In this document: positions 62,571 to 64,000 of the stretch, one piece after another
Layout of the letters: every line of letters begins with the position of its first letter
How positions within the stretch are numbered: position 1 is the first letter of the stretch
Virus record (IMG/VR): IMGVR_UViG_3300045988_131275
Coordinates: 96,001-160,000 of that record
DNA from: a virus
DNA length: 64,000 bases
Strand: one strand, 5' to 3'
Position numbers and translations under genes: made by a program
Notes under the pieces: generated by a model
What the model saw: the letters and a program-made list of their open reading frames with translations, nothing else
What the model was told of the DNA's origin: nothing
The model's database searches: none

Positions 62571-63611
62571 GTGAGATTATTGGATGGTAAAATTGCAGAT
62601 AGATCTGTTGAAATAACAGATGAAGAATGGCAAACAGTAAATGAATTTAATAGAGAAATGGTTGAGGATTACCTTGATAATCAAGCTGACCTTTCTGTGA
62701 AAACTTTGCCAGCATATAAATCTGGATTAAGGATTTTCTTTACTTGGGTTAGGGACAATCTCAAGGACAAGAATTTTACAGATATTAAAAAGAAAGAATT
62801 TCAAAAATATCTTAATTGGTTAACCAAAAGAGGTTTTTCTGATTCTGGTATTAAATTTAAAAAATCTGCTGTAAGTACATTTTGCAATTATGTAATGATG
62901 ATGTATGAGGAAGAATATCCTACATTTCGTAATTTCACAATTGGGCTTAAAGTAGTACAGACAGGATATGTTCATGAAAAAGTTCCACTTACGCCAGATG
63001 AATATATTAATTTATGTCAAGAACTTGAAAAACGTGAAGAATGGCAAATGTTAGCATATCTTACATTTTCTTACAGTACAGGATGTAGACGTGCAGAAGC
63101 TAGACAATTACTCAAGGAAGTCATTGATTATTCTGCAAATGAAAAGAAAATCAAAGTTCTGGATGAAGATGGACATGAATATGAAACTATTTCAAAGCAG
63201 TATTTGACTCACACTATTCGTTGCAAAGGTGCATCTCTTGTGGGTAAACCACGTAAACTTAAATTTGGTGATGATGCAATGCAATGGTTAAAGAAATGGA
63301 TTGAAGTGCGTGGTGAAGATGACTGTCCTTATATGTTTGTAATTAAATCTAAAGATGGAAAAGAAGTTAGACAAGTGAGTGAAAGCACTTTTAATAATTG
63401 GTGTCAAGGATTATTTACACAAATTGTTGGACGTAGGGTGCATCCTCACCTATTCAGGGAGTCAAGAGCTACAAACCTTGTTGTGTTTCAGCATAAAGCA
63501 CCAGAGGTAGCTCAGAAATTACTAGGACATAATCAAGTCACTACAACTTTAGATCATTATATTATTCGTAATGATGAAAATGATGAGTCTGATGAAGCAT
63601 TTACTGATTGA
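62571..63611 (+). CDS. tyrosine recombinase / phage integrase
   Basis: GCRRAEAR (Arg I), HPHLFRESRAT (HxxR), LLGH, LDHYI (Tyr); GTG/TTG start uncertain. Confidence 0.85.
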   Translation: MRLLDGKIADRSVEITDEEWQTVNEFNREMVEDYLDNQADLSVKTLPAYKSGLRIFFTWVRDNLKDKNFTDIKKKEFQKYLNWLTKRGFSDSGIKFKKSAVSTFCNYVMMMYEEEYPTFRNFTIGLKVVQTGYVHEKVPLTPDEYINLCQELEKREEWQMLAYLTFSYSTGCRRAEARQLLKEVIDYSANEKKIKVLDEDGHEYETISKQYLTHTIRCKGASLVGKPRKLKFGDDAMQWLKKWIEVRGEDDCPYMFVIKSKDGKEVRQVSESTFNNWCQGLFTQIVGRRVHPHLFRESRATNLVVFQHKAPEVAQKLLGHNQVTTTLDHYIIRNDENDESDEAFTD

Positions 63612-63886
63612 TGTAAAATACCCCCCCCCACATCAAAGCCCGTAGTGTAGACCAAACACACCTATATGGAAACAAGCGTAAGACATCGGACTGTCAAATC
63701 GCTTCGGGCAAATACATTTTTCTATATATTTTTCATATATATTCTTCAAAGAGACATAATTTTTCATATGATCTCTTCTCCTGAAAAGGGCAGCTTACTA
63801 CTGCCCTATCTAAAAGTAAACTTGTCCTTTACAATATTTTCCAATTGTGATAATGTAAAAATATCAAAAAATTGGAGGTGTTATAT

Positions 63887-64000
63887 ATGGAGTTCAACAG
63901 AAAGACACAAACTGTCAAGTCATTTGCAAGAGATATGAAAAATAAAAAATACAATATGTTTCATAAACTGCAACGTAAAGAAGGTCAATGGAAGAATTAT
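63887..64000 (+). CDS. DUF262-like protein, 5' part only (runs off window)
   Basis: Own translation MEFNRKTQTVKSFARDMKNKKYNMFHKLQRKEGQWKNY; HKLQRKEGQW parallels HPLQRTSGQW of 17146..19443; GGAGG RBS. Confidence 0.55.
   Translation, partial: MEFNRKTQTVKSFARDMKNKKYNMFHKLQRKEGQWKNY

Noticed and set aside
63666-63938. Track ORF of 90 aa after the integrase
   Set aside because: It has no RBS and a low-complexity sequence. It overlaps the well-supported GGAGG-preceded start at 63887 in another frame.

Overview
AT-rich DNA (about 30% GC by eye, not computed). It looks like a large phage or prophage of a low-GC Gram-positive host: GGAGG-type ribosome-binding sites (RBS) and many ATGA/TAATG stop-start overlaps. 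There are two divergent gene blocks. Block 1 (1-43 kb, minus strand) holds about 110 tightly packed, mostly small ORFs of unknown function. Block 2 (43.9-64 kb, plus strand) holds nucleic-acid metabolism and regulatory genes. Recognisable products: an amino-type DNA methyltransferase (MTase) fragment coupled to an SNF2-like helicase; a multi-TRD cytosine-5 MTase whose motif I sits after motif X; a SAM-MTase; a sigma-like/DUF262 fusion; an EndoA/MazF-like toxin; an XRE regulator; two tyrosine recombinases; three ribbon-helix-helix (RHH) proteins; three antirepressor-type proteins; dCMP deaminase; a CoiA-like protein; a YonO-like two-barrel RNA polymerase (DxDGD); a PIN-PhoH ATPase; a ClpP-like protease; a metallophosphoesterase; and HU. 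There are two tRNA genes, one with an abnormal anticodon loop. There are two mobile elements: an IS66-family element (GC-rich island, 15-bp terminal inverted repeats (IRs), 8-bp target-site duplication (TSD)) and a solo tnpB. Most unusual non-genic features: (1) a 2.6-kb ORF-free region (44.5-47.1 kb) with mirror-image strand composition, GT-rich and C-depleted on the left, CA-rich and G-depleted on the right, pivoting on a 20-bp perfect palindrome and 10-bp phased T-tract repeats; (2) two paralogous RHH / plus-strand promoter-terminator cassette / antirepressor modules resembling P22 immI (arc-sar-ant); (3) several recurring intergenic motifs. No CRISPR array, rRNA or reverse transcriptase was seen. 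All function calls come from motifs read by eye; no database search was possible.
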